The translations under genes were made by a program, and so were the position numbers. 64,000 nucleotides of DNA from NCBI RefSeq assembly GCF_009914755.1, contig NC_060936.1; one strand, written 5' to 3'. The notes beneath the pieces were generated by a model. That model was given only the letters and a program-made list of their open reading frames with translations, was not told the origin of the DNA and ran no database searches. Numbering within the stretch: the stretch's first letter is position 1; every line of letters starts with the position of its first letter. The DNA is from the human T2T-CHM13v2.0 reference genome, Homo sapiens. Positions 63,616 through 64,000 of this stretch are shown here, one piece after another.

Positions 63616-63990
63616 GCAGAGTCTCGCTCTCTCGCCCAGGCTGGAGTGCAGTGGCACCATCTCGGTTCACTGCAAGCTCCGCCTCCCAGGGTCACGACAC
63701 CTGGCTAATTTTTGTATTTTTAGTAGAGATGCGGTTTTGCCGTGTTGTCCAGTCTGGTCTTGAACTTCTGGCCTCAAGTGATCTGCCTGCCTCGGCCTCC
63801 CAAAATGTTGGGATTACAGGCGTGGGCCACCACACCCGGCCTTACAAGGCTTTTTGACTTGAGCAACTAGAAGAATGAAGTTGCCATTTACTGAGATGGG
63901 GTAGCATATGGGAGGGAGAGGTTTAGATTGTTGGTTATGTGAGTGCAGAGTTCAAGGGAGAGGTTGTCAGCTAAAGATACACATTTAGGA
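62660..63990. mobile_element. L2 fragments with an inserted MER5-like element (~62883-63066) and Alus (~63410-63841)
   Basis: L2-like gcaaaggccttgaggtggg and gttgccatttactgagatggg; MER5-like ctcaaaatgtggtcc...ttgagaagcactg. Confidence 0.65.
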
Positions 63991-64000
63991 TTTAATACTC

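Overview
Human (or very close great-ape) genomic DNA, recognisable as the 12p13.31 cluster. In order it holds an SRP14 processed pseudogene, CD27 (+, 6 exons, 260 aa), TAPBPL (+, 7 exons, 468 aa) and VAMP1 (-, alternative C-terminal exons). Next come a 5'-truncated SVA, a full-length PKP2 processed pseudogene, MRPL51 (-, 3 exons, 128 aa) and the first two exons of NCAPD2, which shares a divergent CpG-island promoter with MRPL51. The region is very Alu-rich and also contains L1, THE1, MLT1, MIR, L2 and DNA-transposon fossils. Most ORFs in the supplied track are Alu, SVA or antisense artefacts. All exon structures were checked by hand for GT-AG boundaries and for summing to an intact frame. Four observations stand out. 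(1) A dense A-to-G cluster with ADAR-like neighbour preference is fixed in the SVA SINE-R, a candidate fossil of RNA hyper-editing. (2) An alternative terminal exon in TAPBPL intron 6 has its own AATAAA and encodes a tail ending RKKE. (3) The SRP14 retrocopy has a short tail without the poly-Ala expansion. (4) Exon phases and spacing allow in-frame CD27-TAPBPL read-through chimeras. Repeat subfamily calls and consensus comparisons come from memory and need computational confirmation.
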